A stretch of DNA of 63,646 nt, filler included, from Reclinomonas americana ATCC 50394 (lineage: Eukaryota): assembly GCA_048213135.1 (NCBI GenBank). It is 9 parts of 6 records of this genome, joined end to end, with 100 filler letters (N's around TTAATTAATTAA, not from the genome) between each part and the next. Parts side by side here need not be neighbours in the genome. Positions count along the whole stretch, not along the records: positions 1 to 29,355 come from PS015077.1; 8 more parts are not named here. One strand, given 5' to 3'. Shown here in pieces: positions 1 through 13,637 of the stretch (within the stretch, counting starts at the first letter, position 1; every line of letters starts with the position of its first letter). A model generated the notes under the pieces. It was given only the letters and a program-made list of their open reading frames with translations, was not told the origin of the DNA and ran no database searches. Position numbers and translations under genes: made by a program.

Positions 1-1159
1 GAGTGTCAGAGAGAGTGAGTGCGCGAGGGGACTCTTGAGTGTGAGACGCAACGTGGAAGGAGAGCTTGTATCTCAAAGCGACGACGCCCGCCGCGACCGC
101 GTGTGGACGCACTTACTCCACTCGCACGAATCATGGGAGCGAGAGCCCTACTTGCTCTGCTTCTTGTTTCTCTGTGTGTGACATATTGATGAGCGAGTCA
201 GTACAACCACCAACACACTCACAGGCAGAGACAGAATAGTGAGAGCGTGTGCGCGTGTGTATGAGAGAGAGTGAGAGAGTGAGACGCAGTGTGTGTGTGT
301 GAAGAGAGTGGCACGGAGAGTCGGTTGGAGTGAGTGAGTGTGTGCAGCGTGGAGATCGCACACTCTCAAAATTGGGACATTGTGTGGCCTGAGTGTTTGA
401 ATGTGTGCGTGTGTGCGTGTGTGTGCCTATGAGGAAGGCCATGCTGGTGGGGAGAGAGCGAGAGAGACAAGTGTGTGTGTGAGTGGGTTCCGTGAGTGAG
501 TACGAACACTTGCGCTCCTCGATATGCGTGACTTCCTGTAAATGAAGAGAGTTGCGTGCGTTGCTGTAAATAAATCGGGGACAACTGCAAACCAGAACTA
601 TGCTTGCGTTTCTCTCTATCTTTTGCTGGCGTGTTCTATCGGATAGGAACTGGCGTGCCGTGAAGGTGCTCCGATCTGAGCACGGTTTGCATCGCGATCG
701 GACAGGATTTCATCATCGCCACAGTTCTTGCACCTGTCCACCCGGAGCTTGCTCTCACATGCAGCCACACAACATGACCATCTGGAAGACAAAGAGAGAC
801 ACACAAGTACGCAACGAGCGACAATTCATTCGCCAGCAAACAAGCAGCTGTGTTGATACTCAAGGCAAATCATGCCCACAAACAGCGACACAAACCTCGC
901 AGCGACCTCGACGGCAGCGACAAGAAGGTCTGTGTGCGTGCAGTCGCTTTCGGAGCTTCGACAAGTCGAAAAGCAGTATATGACTTCGACTCGACGAACA
1001 TCGCATCCGACGGTCAGCGCCCCCGAAGCTGAAGTACCGACGACCTCCACTGCGCTGCGGATGCCTGCGCCACTCCCACCAACACACTCCGGCCTTCGCG
1101 GCGTGTGTGTGAGAAAGAGAGGGGCGATCTCCTCACGCTCCACAGATTATGTGTCACGC

Positions 1160-1920
1160 CTACGCCGGCTGCGATGCCGCTTCTGCTCGCACAGCCACCG
1201 ATGACCGCGCCGTCGGTGAGCCGGACTCCTCGGCCGCCTGCCGCCGCCTCCGCCTCTCGCACTGCCTGTCGAGCAAGCGCAGTTGCTTCATCAGATGCAA
1301 ATTCGGCTTCACCGACGGCCGTCGCTGAAGCACGGCATCCATTGCCTCGTTCAGCGTCGCCCCGTGCCGCACCATCATGTATGCCAGCACCACAGCCGCT
1401 GAGCGCGATTGCCCCTGCGCATCGGGACACGGAGGAATGTGATCATCAGACGCACACAAGAGCACTCAACGACCACACACACACACCATCATACAGTGCA
1501 CCAGCACACGACCTCCGCCACTGTCCAACGCAGCGTCGATGAACGCCAGACACCCCGGCAGCGCCTCCAACAACGGCCGCGAGGCATCACACTCGCGCAA
1601 CGACACGGTCATGTACTCAAACTCCTGCACACGCGGACAACCGTCACACACACTCCTTAGTTGCTGCTGCTGCTGCTGCGGTGACACACACCTCAGGGAA
1701 GCTGGCAAAGTCGATGCGACCGACCATCGACAGCACGTGTGTGATGCGGAGCTCACGCAACACCTCCACATTTTGCGCCGCAAACACCGAGCCCAAGTAC
1801 ACCCCAGGAAACACTGTGTACGCGGAATGCTAAGTACACAAGTAAGGAATACGCAAGATTATACACGCGCGGACCTTCATCAGGAGCCTCCAGGCGAGTT
1901 GCCGACGATTGCCGGCGCAT
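1160..1920 (-). CDS. Dual-specificity protein phosphatase (atypical DSP), multi-exon; 3' end uncertain
   Basis: Spliced reading: VFPGVYLGSVFAAQNVEVLRELRITHVLS...FIDAALDSGGGRVLVHCMM|GQSRSAAVVLAYMM...RRPSVKPN, containing the HCxxGxSRS motif. May continue into further exons toward ~620. Confidence 0.88.
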
Positions 1921-2116
1921 GATCGTACCAATTTATCAGGCACAACGGTCAAATACGCACAAGAGCGCGAAATTTTCTCGCTCAAGTTGGTTCTTCTTGT
2001 TGTGTGTCCTTGCGTGTGTGTTTGCGTGCGTGTGTGCGCGCACTCTGTGTTGGAGAGCAAGAGACAGCGCATTGAGCGACAGCAAAGCGAGTGAGTGAGT
2101 GCGAGAGGTGGAGAAC

Positions 2117-4829
2117 ATGCTCACGAGCGCGTGGACAGAGGGCGCTCACCAGCCACCACGTGGTGGCAGTTCGCATGGTGTGTGTGTCTCCCTCCTCGCT
2201 GTCTCCCACACGCACGCACACTACATGCTCACTCGGTTGAGCAGATGACGCGGCAAGCATCGACAGCGAGCATGGCTCTGTGTTTTCATACTCGATCTCG
2301 TGTGACCCGGGCACTCCACAGTTCCTGGCGGCCTCGCGCAAGCTGCAGGAGCTCTTTCTGCGCTTCTTGACGCTGCCGTCCACACATCGACAGATTGATA
2401 CGTTTCTCGACTCGTGCGCGGTGATGGTGCAGAGTTGCGTCACTCTTCTGTGTGCTTGCTGCTTTCGCGTGTGCACTGTGCGCTCACGTGTGGTGGTGAG
2501 CACAGACCGAGCGGCGGCTGGTGCGGCCTCGGCTGGTGGACCTCATCTGAGCGCCGATTGGCATGCACCGCCTGGTTCGACGGCGCCACCGCGATCACCG
2601 GCGCACCACGGCGAGATGGGAGGGAGTGTTGGTGGTGGAGTGGCAGGCGATCGACCGTCGTCGGTGTCGCCGACTGTGGGGCCTTCGAAGACGGCGGGAG
2701 TGGGTGCGCCGGGCGCCACAGCACCGACGCCGGCACCGTCACTGGGCGGTGCGTCTTCTTCTGCACCGACAGCCACGAGCACCGCAGCGGCAGCAGCAAA
2801 GGGGCCGGCGGCAGACACTGTGGGAAGGGTGCGTGCGTGTGTGTGAAAATAGTTGCCTGCATGGTTGCTAACTACAGTAACACGGCAGGGGCCTGCGGGT
2901 GGGAGCAGCAGCAGTGGAGCTGCGGCACCGGCGCCAGCACCTTCTGCACCGCGCGAGGTATGCGATTGATGGACGGCGGGGAGAGAGAGTCTCTGGCTTT
3001 CTGTGTCTCATACGCCAGCACACAGATCATTCCCTCGTTCTACAAGCCCAAGCCTCCACCGGTGCGGACACAAGATGGCGATGTGCCGGTAAGTGGGAGG
3101 CCTCGCCACACACTCTCCCGGTTCTCGAAATGCTGATGGCAGGTGGTGTGCGTGTGTGTGTATCCGTGTAGGCTCGCCTTCGGAGTGCATTTGGTCTCAG
3201 CAGCAACGCACTTCAAGAAGTGGGCCTGCTGCGCGTGACACGAGACGTGCTGAAGCTGCCGTCGTATGTAAATCGAACACTTTTCCGGCGAGTGGACACG
3301 ACAGGCACCGGCACCGTGACCCTCGAGTCGTTTTTGCGGTACTGGCAGCGTGAACTCTCCGGCAACGAGGAAGCGCGTCAGGTGTACAATATTTTCCGTG
3401 CTCCCACTGGCAAGACTATTGTTCGCAGTGGATTTGTCGACTTGGTACAAGGTCTTGTCTTCGCGACACAATGCTACCTGCCTGATGTTGTGGTCTCACC
3501 CCATGTTTCGTCTCTGCAGAGGTTCTCGAGCGACATCCGGGCCTCGAGTTCCTCAAGCAGACGCCCGAATTCCAAGAACGATACGGTGAGTCGAGTCGAG
3601 TGGCGGGGAATGGCGGAGCACGTGACGCTCACCTGTCACGTGCACACAGCCGAGACGGTGGTCGAACGGATATTCTACGTTCTCGATCGCACCAACCTGG
3701 AGGCAATAGACTTCAAGAGCTTCAAGAACTCAAAACTGCTGGCCACCCTGCAAAAGCTGGACACCGAAGACGACATTAATCAGGTGTGCTTGCGCCGCAA
3801 TACAGTTCGTGCAACTTGTGGGGGGGTTAGGCTGACGGTGGAACTGTGTGTGTGCCAGATCATGGATTTCTTCTCGTACGAGCACTTTTATGTGCTCTAC
3901 TGCAAGTTCTGGGAGCTCGATCACGACCACGATTTCATGATCAACAAGGAAGTTGCGACGATGATGATGATGACAGCGCAGGTGTCGACCATACTGGCTC
4001 ACTGTGTATCTGTGAATGTGTGCAGGAGTTCTCCGCATACAGCAACTACGCACTAACGTCGCGTGTGGTGGATCGCATCTTTGATCAGGCGCCGAGACGA
4101 TTCCTGTGCGAGCGCCGTGGCATGATGTCATATCGCGATTTTATCTGTTGCGTTCCCCTGTCGCAAAGGTCGAGCCGCTCCTCTCGTCTCTCTCATGCCG
4201 CGATGAGCAGGGTTCTGCGTTGCCGAGGAAGACAAGACGTCGCCGACGGCGCTCGAGTACTGGTTCCGTATCATGGACATTGACAATGATGGTCTTCTCT
4301 CCGCGTACGAGCTCGAGTACCTGTACTCGGAGCAGCTGACACGCATGGAGAATCTGGCGGCCGAGATTGTCACCTTTGACGACATTTTGTGTCAAATGTT
4401 GCGTGTTTGCGTGTGTGTCTGTCGCGAAACCTTCGCTCCACGCGATGCTCACCGCCGCTCAGGTTGGACATGGTGAAGCCTGTGGACATTACCGCCATTT
4501 ACATTTCCGACCTCAAGCGATGCAAGCAAGCCGACGTGTTTATCAATACCTTCACCAACCTCAACAAGTTCCTGTCCTTCGAGACCCGCGATCCGTTCCT
4601 GGTGTACCAGGAGAACCAGAGCAACACTCTGAGGTTTATATCTTTTCTCTCTCTCCCTCTCTCGATTTCTCGATCGGATTGTGTCCTCATCACCGTCGTG
4701 CGCAGTGACTGGGAGAAGTTTGCACGTGTCGAGTACGACCGTATGGCCATGGAGGACGAATCGGTGGAGGATGGCGATTATCAGCAGTGGAATGCGGAGG
4801 GACTCGTAGACCGCGAGCTGAGCTTTTGA
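2117..4829 (+). CDS. Protein phosphatase 2A regulatory subunit B'' (PPP2R3 family, EF-hand), multi-exon
   Basis: Spliced motifs AETVVERIFY, FFSYEHFYVLYCKFWELDHDHD, DFIWFCVAEEDK, LEYWFRIMDIDNDG, LCQMLDMVKP, SDWEKFARVEYDRM; stop TGA at 4827-4829; start codon inferred. Confidence 0.93.
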
Positions 4830-5013
4830 GGATAAGACAGAAAACATGTGTATGGTTTGAGGGTGGAAAATGCCGACACGACACGACACGCCGCTGCTCT
4901 GGTTCTGGCGGTGGAGTCGCTGTTGCGTCGAAGTAAAAAAGAAAAACACGCTGAAGACACAGAGAGGAGGATGCACTGGCGACAGGCGCAGTTTTCATTG
5001 AGGACGACCGAGT

Positions 5014-8000
5014 TCACCAGTGCGGCGGAAATCTGAAACGCGCCTGTGCACAACAACGACAATGCAAGCTGTTAGAATGTGGCACGCGAAGCGAGAGTCA
5101 GCGGTGGACGACGCAACAAAAACTGGAAGATGGTCGCTTGGGAAACGCGAGTTGGGAAGGCCACTGCGCAGAAGCAGTCAGGCGAAGACGGAGTCACACT
5201 GACAAAGAAAGACGTGCAAGCACACACCCGTTTTCCTTTGATAGAGTCTGCACAGAGGGCACGTCGAGCACAGCCAGCGGCATGAGTGGCTCGGTGTAGA
5301 ACAACTGCATGCCAGAGGGGTNNNNNNNNNNNNNNNNNNNNNNNNNNNNNNNNNNNNNNNNNNNNNNNNNNNNNNNNNNNNNNNNNNNNNNNNNNNNNNN
5401 NNNNNNNNGGCTCGGTGCCGATCACTGTCTCCATGGCACTGCGGAGCGGCCGAGGATTCACAAATCCACCAGTGGTCGAGTCGAGAACGGACGCCGCGCA
5501 CCCGTCGGCGGCGGCTGTCACCAGCGGGTGATCCGGAGGCACAAATCCTTGAAAGAGAAACGGTTGAACACTCATCAATCATGCAAGTTGTGCGGGAAGA
5601 GACGGCCCCACGCACCGTGACGCAAGTAGCCGTACATGGCGCAGTTTGGTGTCACGTTAAAGTCGCCACCGAGCACCACCGGAATCGGGTGCCCGATTTG
5701 CGCACTGATCTCGCCCTGCAGTCTGTGTATCTCGCGACTCAACACAATCATCTGCCGCATCTGCATGTACGACTGCTTCCAGTTGGCCGAAATGTGCGTC
5801 GAGCCGGCCAGCACGAGGTCACCACGTTCACGATGGCGCAGCACGGCAAACACAGCGACCTGCGTGTGTCCCTTGCCGATGGTGCGCTTCACAGTCGGAT
5901 CGGTGGCCAGTTCGTAGACCGCATCGGCCTGCGCGCAACATGTAAGCGACACACGTCTCACTCTCGTGCATCGACTGACGGCGGAGACGCACCATGCTGA
6001 AGAAGTGTGTGGAGACCAACTCAAACACCGAGTCCTTCCTGCGACAGAATACAACGATCAGTCATCCAGCCATCATCACCACCATCGCCACCACTGTACC
6101 GACGAACCACAGCAGCATGTTGCCGATCACTGGCTCATGCTCCTGGATGACTAGTCCGCTGCGACCGCGCTTCCTGCAATAGCGACCGCGGTAGCCGGCT
6201 GCACTCAGCGTCCTAAACATCCAGTGCGCATGATTGATCGACGGATGCTCTCCCTGGACACACACGAGTTGAGGGAGGCGAAACGGAGTGCATACAGCAC
6301 GATATCGAGACGCACTTGCTCCCACTTGCCGGGCGCTTGGATCTCTGCAATGACAGTCAACCACAATGGCCTTTTGTTGTTGACCTCTCTCTTCGTTCTC
6401 ACCTTGCAGGCAGAGAATGTCGGGCTCGTAGAACAGAATTTCGCGACTGTAGAAGCATGAGGAATGGAGAGCAGTCACATGGGCAAGAATGCAGTAACAC
6501 ACCGAACCGCCCATCGACGATTCTCCCAGTCGAGAGCTGCTCACAGAAAACACAATGAGCGACAGACCACTCGCTGCGCAGCAACGCACGCTCGTCGCGC
6601 ACATGATGGATCGGCGTATGGATACCACGTAGGTGAGCACAGCGACTCGGCCAGAATGTTGTACGTCATCATGGTGAACGATGCACCTGCCACACAAGCA
6701 CACACATGTTGACTGTGTGTGAGAGAGACTGGAGAGGTCCGGAGAACACACGGCTGTGCTGCACCTTGACTTGCTTGCAGTGCACTCGAGTGGCCGATCA
6801 GCGCTCGTGCATTCTCCAGTGGGCCAAACAGCACCACGCGACGCAGCTCGGGCAGCAGGTCGACGCGCCGCAACTGCATGCCGTCCGGTGACACCTCGAC
6901 CGCCGACGACTCGAGAAGAGCCTCGCGGATAATGGTCGTGCGTTCTGTCAGAAGACCACCAGACCTCAGTCACTTGAGCGAACACAGGGAGCTGGCTCGT
7001 GGTCACGCACCAGAGTACTCGGCCAGCCACGCCAGCAGCGGAGGATAGCCGAGCAGCTCGTAGATACCAATGGATCCGTCGCCAGACGAGTACAGGAACG
7101 AGGACAGGTACTGACAAGACACAGGGGTTTGAGCACAGGCCGCCCTCCACACACTCGGCTGAGGAGGCGCTCAATGCCGCGCGACGCAACTACATCCAGC
7201 GCCAGATGCCGATCCGAGAGCCAGAATTCAATGCGGCGACGCACCTTGCTCAGGAGCTCGTCACGCGGCAGACCCTCACTGGGCAGCGGTGACATGGGCG
7301 ATATGGCAGCAGACTCACTCGGCGCGGCATCCTGCGCGCCAGTGAGTTCACAGCTCCCCTCCATGCATCTCATTCCCACCGTCGCCCACACACACCAGAT
7401 GCATCGGCTCCGCGGCACCCCACTCGATGCGAACCACCTCGTCGGGCGTCTTCGGCACCGTCTGCAGTTTGAACGGAGTCTTGCGCTGCACCGCGTCTCG
7501 TTCTCTGGTGAGCTTGAGCTTGTGCAACTTGGGCTGACCGCGGATGGCTTCGACCACTTGCTCCGCTGAAATGTGCTCTTCACGAAACGCGTCAAAACCG
7601 CACATGACTTCGATGGGCACCGAGCCGTCCTCCTCCAACAGCGTCCGCAACAGCTGGCCGTCCTGGCTCAGCAGGAATTCGTCGGAGAACCACACCTGCA
7701 GGTGGCGCAGGATGTACGCATCGCCCTTGTAGCCGCGGATCAGCTGCCGGCCGGACTCGTCACTCACGAGCTCCATCGAAGGGCACAGCGAGGCGGCAGT
7801 GGCCTACCATCCGTCTCCTGTCAGTCACCGCGATGCATGGAATGAGGTGGCGACAACGCAACAATACGAGAAAGCCACAGCTCGCGAGGCAAGTGGCGCA
7901 GCGCGTGCACCACTCGGCGCATCTTGGCGAACTCTTCAATCTGTGGTTGGGGAAGAACGTCAGTCGGCGTCAACGACGCGGAGTGTGGCTCCTACTTACC

Positions 8001-9468
8001 GGCGCACTGCCCTGGTGGTGATCACAGACAGCCATCAACGTGGTGTGCTGCGTGCGTCATGCAGCAACAGGTCAGCAGGCAGAAACAACACAGTGACGAG
8101 GAAAGCACAGTCACCTTGAGCAAGGTGGCCGGGTGGAACATGTGAACAATGAGACGCGACAGCTGCTCATGCAACGAGATCGTGTACAGCGAACGTGAGC
8201 TTCCGTCGAGCTGCAGGAAGCCGGCGTCGCGGAGTCGCTGTCGCTCGATGAGCCACATGAGGTAGTGCTCGGCGGCATCGACAGCACCACTGCCGCTGCC
8301 GCTACCGCCGCTGCTGCTGCCGCCACTGGAGGACGAGCCGGCACTGTTGGTGCGCTTGAGCTTGGCCGCCAGTGGATCGCCCGCAGCCGGTGTGGTGGAG
8401 GCGGCCTTGATGCAGGCCTGCTGAATGAGTGGACACTCGGCTGCAAGACGCACGTGAGTGCCACACACAGAGTCACTCTCATTTCCCGCACACACGCACC
8501 AAACACGAGACGAATCGGCACGTAGCCGAGCGGATGCTCCAGTCGCGCGCTCTCGAGCACTGGATAGGTGGCAGGCGGGTGCAGCACACGACTGAGCCAG
8601 CTGGCCACCATCAGCGACGCTGCCTCGTCGTCCTGACGCTGCAGATCCACGTCGTCACGCGGAGGCTCCTCGTCGACCGGCACCATGGCGGTCTCCGGTC
8701 GCGGAAGCAACAAAAAGAGCTCCTCCAGTCGCATCAAAATCTCCTCTGCGCTCGGCCCGCAAGCAAGCACGCAGCGATGAGCATCACACCACAGAAAGAG
8801 AGAGGGGCACAAATTACGAACGAGAAACAGCGCGTCGGCGCACTCGATCCGGCCCATCGCCACATCGCTTGAACTCGACCGTCGGCGACGTGGAGAACAG
8901 GCGCCGCAAGTACCGATACAGTCCACGCACCGCGCGACTCTCCTCGTTCACAAACTATCCTCGCGCCTCATCCATGAGTGGATCCATGTGCATGATCAGA
9001 CTGCTTGCATGCATGCATGACACACACCTCGGAGAGTCCACCGAGTTCAGTAAAGGCCATGATCAGATCGATCCACGGTCCGGGGACGTTGTGCCGTCGC
9101 GTCGCCGACTCGGGGCGCGTGAGATCCGAGTCTTGCACGTAGATCTCAATCATGGAGGCCACCGTTCGCGCCCATTCTTCATCGATCAAAACATCGCCCT
9201 CCTCGCCTTCCTCGCCGTCGTCGCCCTCATCGGCCTCGTCGTCTTCCGACTCGTCGTTTGGGTCGTGCTGCTGCAAACAGAGAGAGACAATGCAATCAGG
9301 AGAATAACAATAAATGTGCATTGCAAAGAAGCTGAGCGCAACTGCGACGGGCAGATGCGTCAGCGGTTCAAGCGGAGGTCGCAGGAAGAGCGGCGGCGGA
9401 CGCAGAGAACTACGACTGGGTGGGTCGGAAGGCGCAGCGGCAGCGGCGGCACTCTGTTCGTCGGCCAT
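5014..9468 (-). CDS. Fusion of about five La-motif-like domains and a C-terminal CCR4/Angel/nocturnin-type EEP phosphoesterase
   Basis: Exons join in frame through GT-AG introns from ATG 9468; one N gap at 5322-5408. EEP motifs TYNILAE, PDILCLQE, STH, VLGGDFN, FPSDHLP. La-like segments such as RRRIEFWLSDRHLALDVYLSSFL...ALLESSAVEVSPDGMQLRR and LRHLQVWFSDEFL...GSVPIEVMCGF. Confidence 0.75.
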
Positions 9469-9866
9469 CAAACAAAAAGGAGCTAGAAATGGATCCAATG
9501 CGGGACGAGATGGATGACAAGGAGAAAGACGGGTGGACAACAAGAAGGCGGTGGTGGTGGTGTTAGTCGAGGAGCTGTGTGGCAAGCGGAGAAGGTGAGG
9601 CGCGCGGGGAATGCTCGACGACGTCGACGTCGATCGATATCACAACGTCGAGCTCGCCAGTTTCGGACGCGCTCGACCAGGCATAGGAGCCTACCCTGGC
9701 AACTACATGTAACCCATCGCCTGGCCTCCCTCGCAACGCGATGCTGCCCTGCATCACTTCTCGAACGCTCGCGCGCGTCTGAAAGCTATTTTCGCACGTG
9801 CGTTTGCGACAAGTGGCTTCGTTGTCGCTGTTTTCGTTCTCGATCTTTTTTGCGTGCACAGAGCGC

Positions 9867-11187
9867 ATGATGAGTGCCGCCGAAACCGCTGCCTCCTCCA
9901 AGTCACCCACACGCTCATCGTCCGACGATTCAGAGGTGCGCTGCGGTCTTCCGCATCTCCACATCTCTCTCTCTCTCTTACACACACCTGCACACAGTGG
10001 ATTCACTTCAACGTGGGTGGCGAGTACTTTTGCACCACGCGATCCACTCTGCTTGTGGACGACAGCTCCGCACTCTTCCGCAATCTGGCCGAGCTCGACA
10101 GCGGCGCCTCGGACAGCTGCTCCATCCCGTTTTCGCGCGATGACAAGGGACGCATTCTGTTTGATCGCGGTGCGTGCGTGTACGCTTGCGTGTACATCGC
10201 CACACGGGCACGCTGATGATCGTCGTGCACAGATCCACGCTACTTTGATGTGATCCTGTCGTTTTTGCGCACGGGCGAGGTGCGACTCGACAAGGGCACC
10301 TCCACTCGTGGCCTCCTCCGTGAGGCGCAGTATTTCGGGGTCGAAACAGTGCGTGCTGGTCTTTTGTTTCTGGCGCTCTTGCTTCTGGGGTTGCTCACCA
10401 CGGCTCGGTGTTTTCGCCAGTTGGAGCAAGCGGTGCAGCGCATGCTCGATGCCGACGAGGCTGCCGAGGCGCGACAGGCCACGCTGCCGAATTCGCAGCG
10501 GGAGCCGGAGGTCACTCGCGAGGATGTGATTCGAGTTGCGCTGCGCCTGTTGTGCGGTCGCTGTGTGGCTGTGTGGCTGACTCTCCTGCAGAGCATCATG
10601 AGCACCACGTCGGGCACGCCGCTGCGCTTCCAGGGCATCTGCTTCAACACGCTAGTGCTCAACGATCTGGATCTGTCGGGCATCAACTTTCACCGCGCCA
10701 AGATGCACTCGACGCAGCTGGTGGCGGCCTCGCTGCGCGGCGCCAACATGTCGCACAGCTTGCTCACCAGGTGAGTGTTCACCCAGTCTTCATTTCTCCT
10801 TCTCGTCTCATTCCGTTTGAACAGTGCCAAGCTCACGGGTGCCGATCTGACGGGAGCGTCGCTGTGCCGTGCCGACGCTTGTGCCGCCGACTTTACGGGC
10901 GCCATTATGAAGAATGCCGACTTGTCGTACTGCACGCTGACCAATGCCATTCTGCGCAACGTGGACCTCTCCAACGCCAATCTCTCCTACGCCATCATCC
11001 GCGACGTGGACTTGCGCGATTCGGATCTGCGGGTGCGTGTGCCCCAACCTGCTCACTCACTCATACGCTGTGTACTCACGACGCTCTTTCGCTGTATCAG
11101 GGTGCCAACCTGAAGGGCGCAATTTTCCAGGGTGTGGATCGGCAGGGTGCCACACTGGCCATGGGTGGTGTGATTGGTCTGCGGTGA
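9867..11187 (+). CDS. BTB/POZ (T1-type) plus pentapeptide-repeat protein, KCTD9/FIP2-like
   Basis: WIHFNVGGEYFCTTRSTL...FDRDPRYFDVILSFLRTG...LLREAQYFG followed by A(D/N)Lxx repeats (LTGADLTGASLCRAD, LRNVDLSNANLSYA). Confidence 0.9.
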
Positions 11188-11611
11188 CACTCGACACTGC
11201 TGTGTCGTGGTGATGGTGTTGTTGTAAATGAAGAATGCTTGTGTACCAAAAAGAATGAGGGCTTCACANNNNNNNNNNNNNNNNNNNNNNNNNNNNNNNN
11301 NNNNNNNNNNNNNNNNNNNNNNNNNNNNNNNNNNNNNNNNNNNNNNNNNNNNNNNNNNNNNNNNNNNNNNNNNNNNNNNNNNNNNNNNNNNNNNNNNNNN
11401 NNNNNNNNNNNNNNNNNNNNNNNNNNNNNNNNNNNNNNNNNNNNNNNNNNNNNNNNNNNNNNNNNNNNNNNNNNNNNNNNNNNNNNNNNNNNNNNNNNNN
11501 NNNNNNNNNNNNNNNNNNNNNNNNNNNNNNNNNNNNNNNNNNNNNNNNNNNNNNNNNNNNNNNNNNNNNNNNNNNNNNNNNNNNNNNNNNNNNNNNNNNN
11601 NNNNNNNNNNN

Positions 11612-11766
11612 CGCCGTATGGTGCGCCGCCACCACCGGGCTACTACCCGCCACCGGGAGGCGCCGCGCCGCCACCGTACTATGCTGCGCCTGCGGCCGCA
11701 CCGCAGGGACCACCGCCACCCAAGCCCGCGTACCCGGACGGCGGCAAGAACAATCCGGCCGCGTAA
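11612..11766 (+). CDS. Probable C-terminal end of the 11865-12812 gene on a mis-oriented contig
   Basis: PYGAPPPPGYYPPPGG...NNPAA* continues the same Pro/Tyr repeats; the contig is bounded by N gaps. Confidence 0.55.
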
Positions 11767-11864
11767 GCTCTCTCTCTCTCACTCTTTCTCTCTTCCCCCG
11801 CCTCCCTCTCACTTTTATTGTGTCGGGGGAGAAGANNNNNNNNNNNNNNNNNNNNNNNNNNNNC

Positions 11865-12812
11865 CGGCTGGCCATACACTGGCTGTCCGTACGGCGGCGG
11901 CGCACCATACTGCGCCGGTGGCGGGTAGTACGGCTGCTGCGGGGCGGCAGGCGGTGGCGCCGTCACGTAGCCCGTGTTGGCCTGTGGCGAGGTGGCACCG
12001 GCCATTGGCGCCGCCGTGGGCGACCCCGGTGCCGGCGACATCTTGCTGCGACTCGACATGTGAATCACGCCGGCGAGCGCAGAGAAGAGGAAGCCGGCGC
12101 CAATCAAGCCCGCCAGCACGCCCGCAGTGATGGCCTTGCCGTTGCCGGCGCTACCGGTGCTCGGCGTCGGCGTCGGCGTCGGGCTCGATCCACTCCCTGT
12201 TTCTCACACGTGAGATGCGCGGAAAAATGCACACTCATGGGCGAGAGAGTGAGACGCAACACGACACAAACAGGCATCCGTTGGTGTTGCTGCTCGAGTT
12301 GCAAAAGTACGACGCCGAGCATGTGGTGGCGGTGGTGGTTCCGGAGGGCGTGAAGCTCATGGAGCCCGTCACGCTGCCGCCAGAGTACGTCAGCGAGAGA
12401 GTGGTGTTGTAGCCAGAGGGCGTGGTCACCGGCGACAGCGTGGCCTGGAAGCAGCCAGTGTCAATCGGACCGCGGTACTGCAACGAGGAGCACGAGCAGC
12501 TGCACAGAAGACGGAAGTGAGCAACTGCTCTCACGCTCTCTCCCTCATTCAAGATGCGCACCCTGACACAGACGAGCTCGGCGTGACAGTGACCGTGGTG
12601 GAGGTGGCATAGGAGATGGTAAAGGAGGCGTAGCACGAGCGCAGGCACGACAGCGATGTGTTGGAGGTGGCCGAGCCGGAGCACGACAGACTCGACGAGG
12701 TGGCGAGCAGGCCGTTGTTGCCAAAGCACTGCGCGTGCGTCTCCTCAGAGGCGAGCAAGAGCAGCGTCGCCACGAGGGCGATGAGCAGCAGGGGCACTCG
12801 ATGCACGCTCAT
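11865..12812 (-). CDS. Single-pass membrane protein: signal peptide, Cys/Ser/Thr-rich ectodomain, TM helix, Pro/Tyr-rich tail
   Basis: MSVHRVPLLLIALVATLLLLA signal peptide; TM AITAGVLAGLIGAGFLFSALAGVI; PPPY-rich tail runs into an N gap. Confidence 0.6.
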
Positions 12813-12931
12813 GTATCGTTTGACTGCAGATAGAGAGGAGGCGGACGACGGAGTCGGTGGACAGTAACGCGTTCGGAGCGGCTCTCTCGTCCGTCCGCCT
12901 CTTTGTGTGATTCCCTCTGTGTGAGCGTAGT

Positions 12932-13637
12932 ATGAAGGCAGTGGCGATTGGGTTGCCTGTGGGCGTGCTCACACTGATCTGCGTGCTGCTGGCGGCCATT
13001 GCAGCGGGCCTCCCCTTCTGGATCGTCAGCACGGCCTCGGTATGTGTGTGCGTGTTGTGACGTGGCTGCAGAGGTGTGCTGTTGACTCTGACTGGGCATG
13101 ATGATAAGGGCATCGAGTACCGCGGTGGACTGGTGTACGCCGATGTCTGCAGGTTGCGTGGCACTGGGGAGGGAGAGTCGGAACATTGCCGCCACTGACA
13201 CACACGCACACACGCGCAGCTCGTCATCGTGCGTCACCTCGTCGTACACGCTGAGCAGTGGCGCGGGACTGGTCGGCCTCAAGGTTGCGTCTCTCTGTGT
13301 TTGTCACTCGTCATTGAGATGCGCGCTCACTCCTGCGCAGACACTGATTGTGAACGCGATTGGTCTCATGCTGCTGGCCATCTTTGGCGCGCAAGCCATC
13401 TTCCTGTCGGTGGGCAACCACCCGCGCGGAGTGGCCAAGGTGCCGCGCATCATCTTCTCCGTGGTCGGTTTCATTGGAGTCATTTTTGTCATTGCCGGCA
13501 CCGGCTACCTCGTCAACCAGTACGGCACTGGCTCGCCGTTTGGATGGAGTCACGCGCTGTCGTGGACGTTTGGTGTGGCGTTGCCGTTTGTGCTGGTGCT
13601 GGTGTTTGCAATCACCTCGGTGGCGAGGTTGGAGTGA
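12932..13637 (+). CDS. Four-TM claudin/PMP22/amastin-like membrane protein
   Basis: Spliced product has TM1, then W...GL...C..C in the first loop, three further hydrophobic helices and GWS before TM4. Confidence 0.6.

Noticed and set aside
1-600. Possible first exons of a minus-strand gene at the window start
   Set aside because: Only splice-like signals amid GA/GT microsatellites; too little sequence to support a call.
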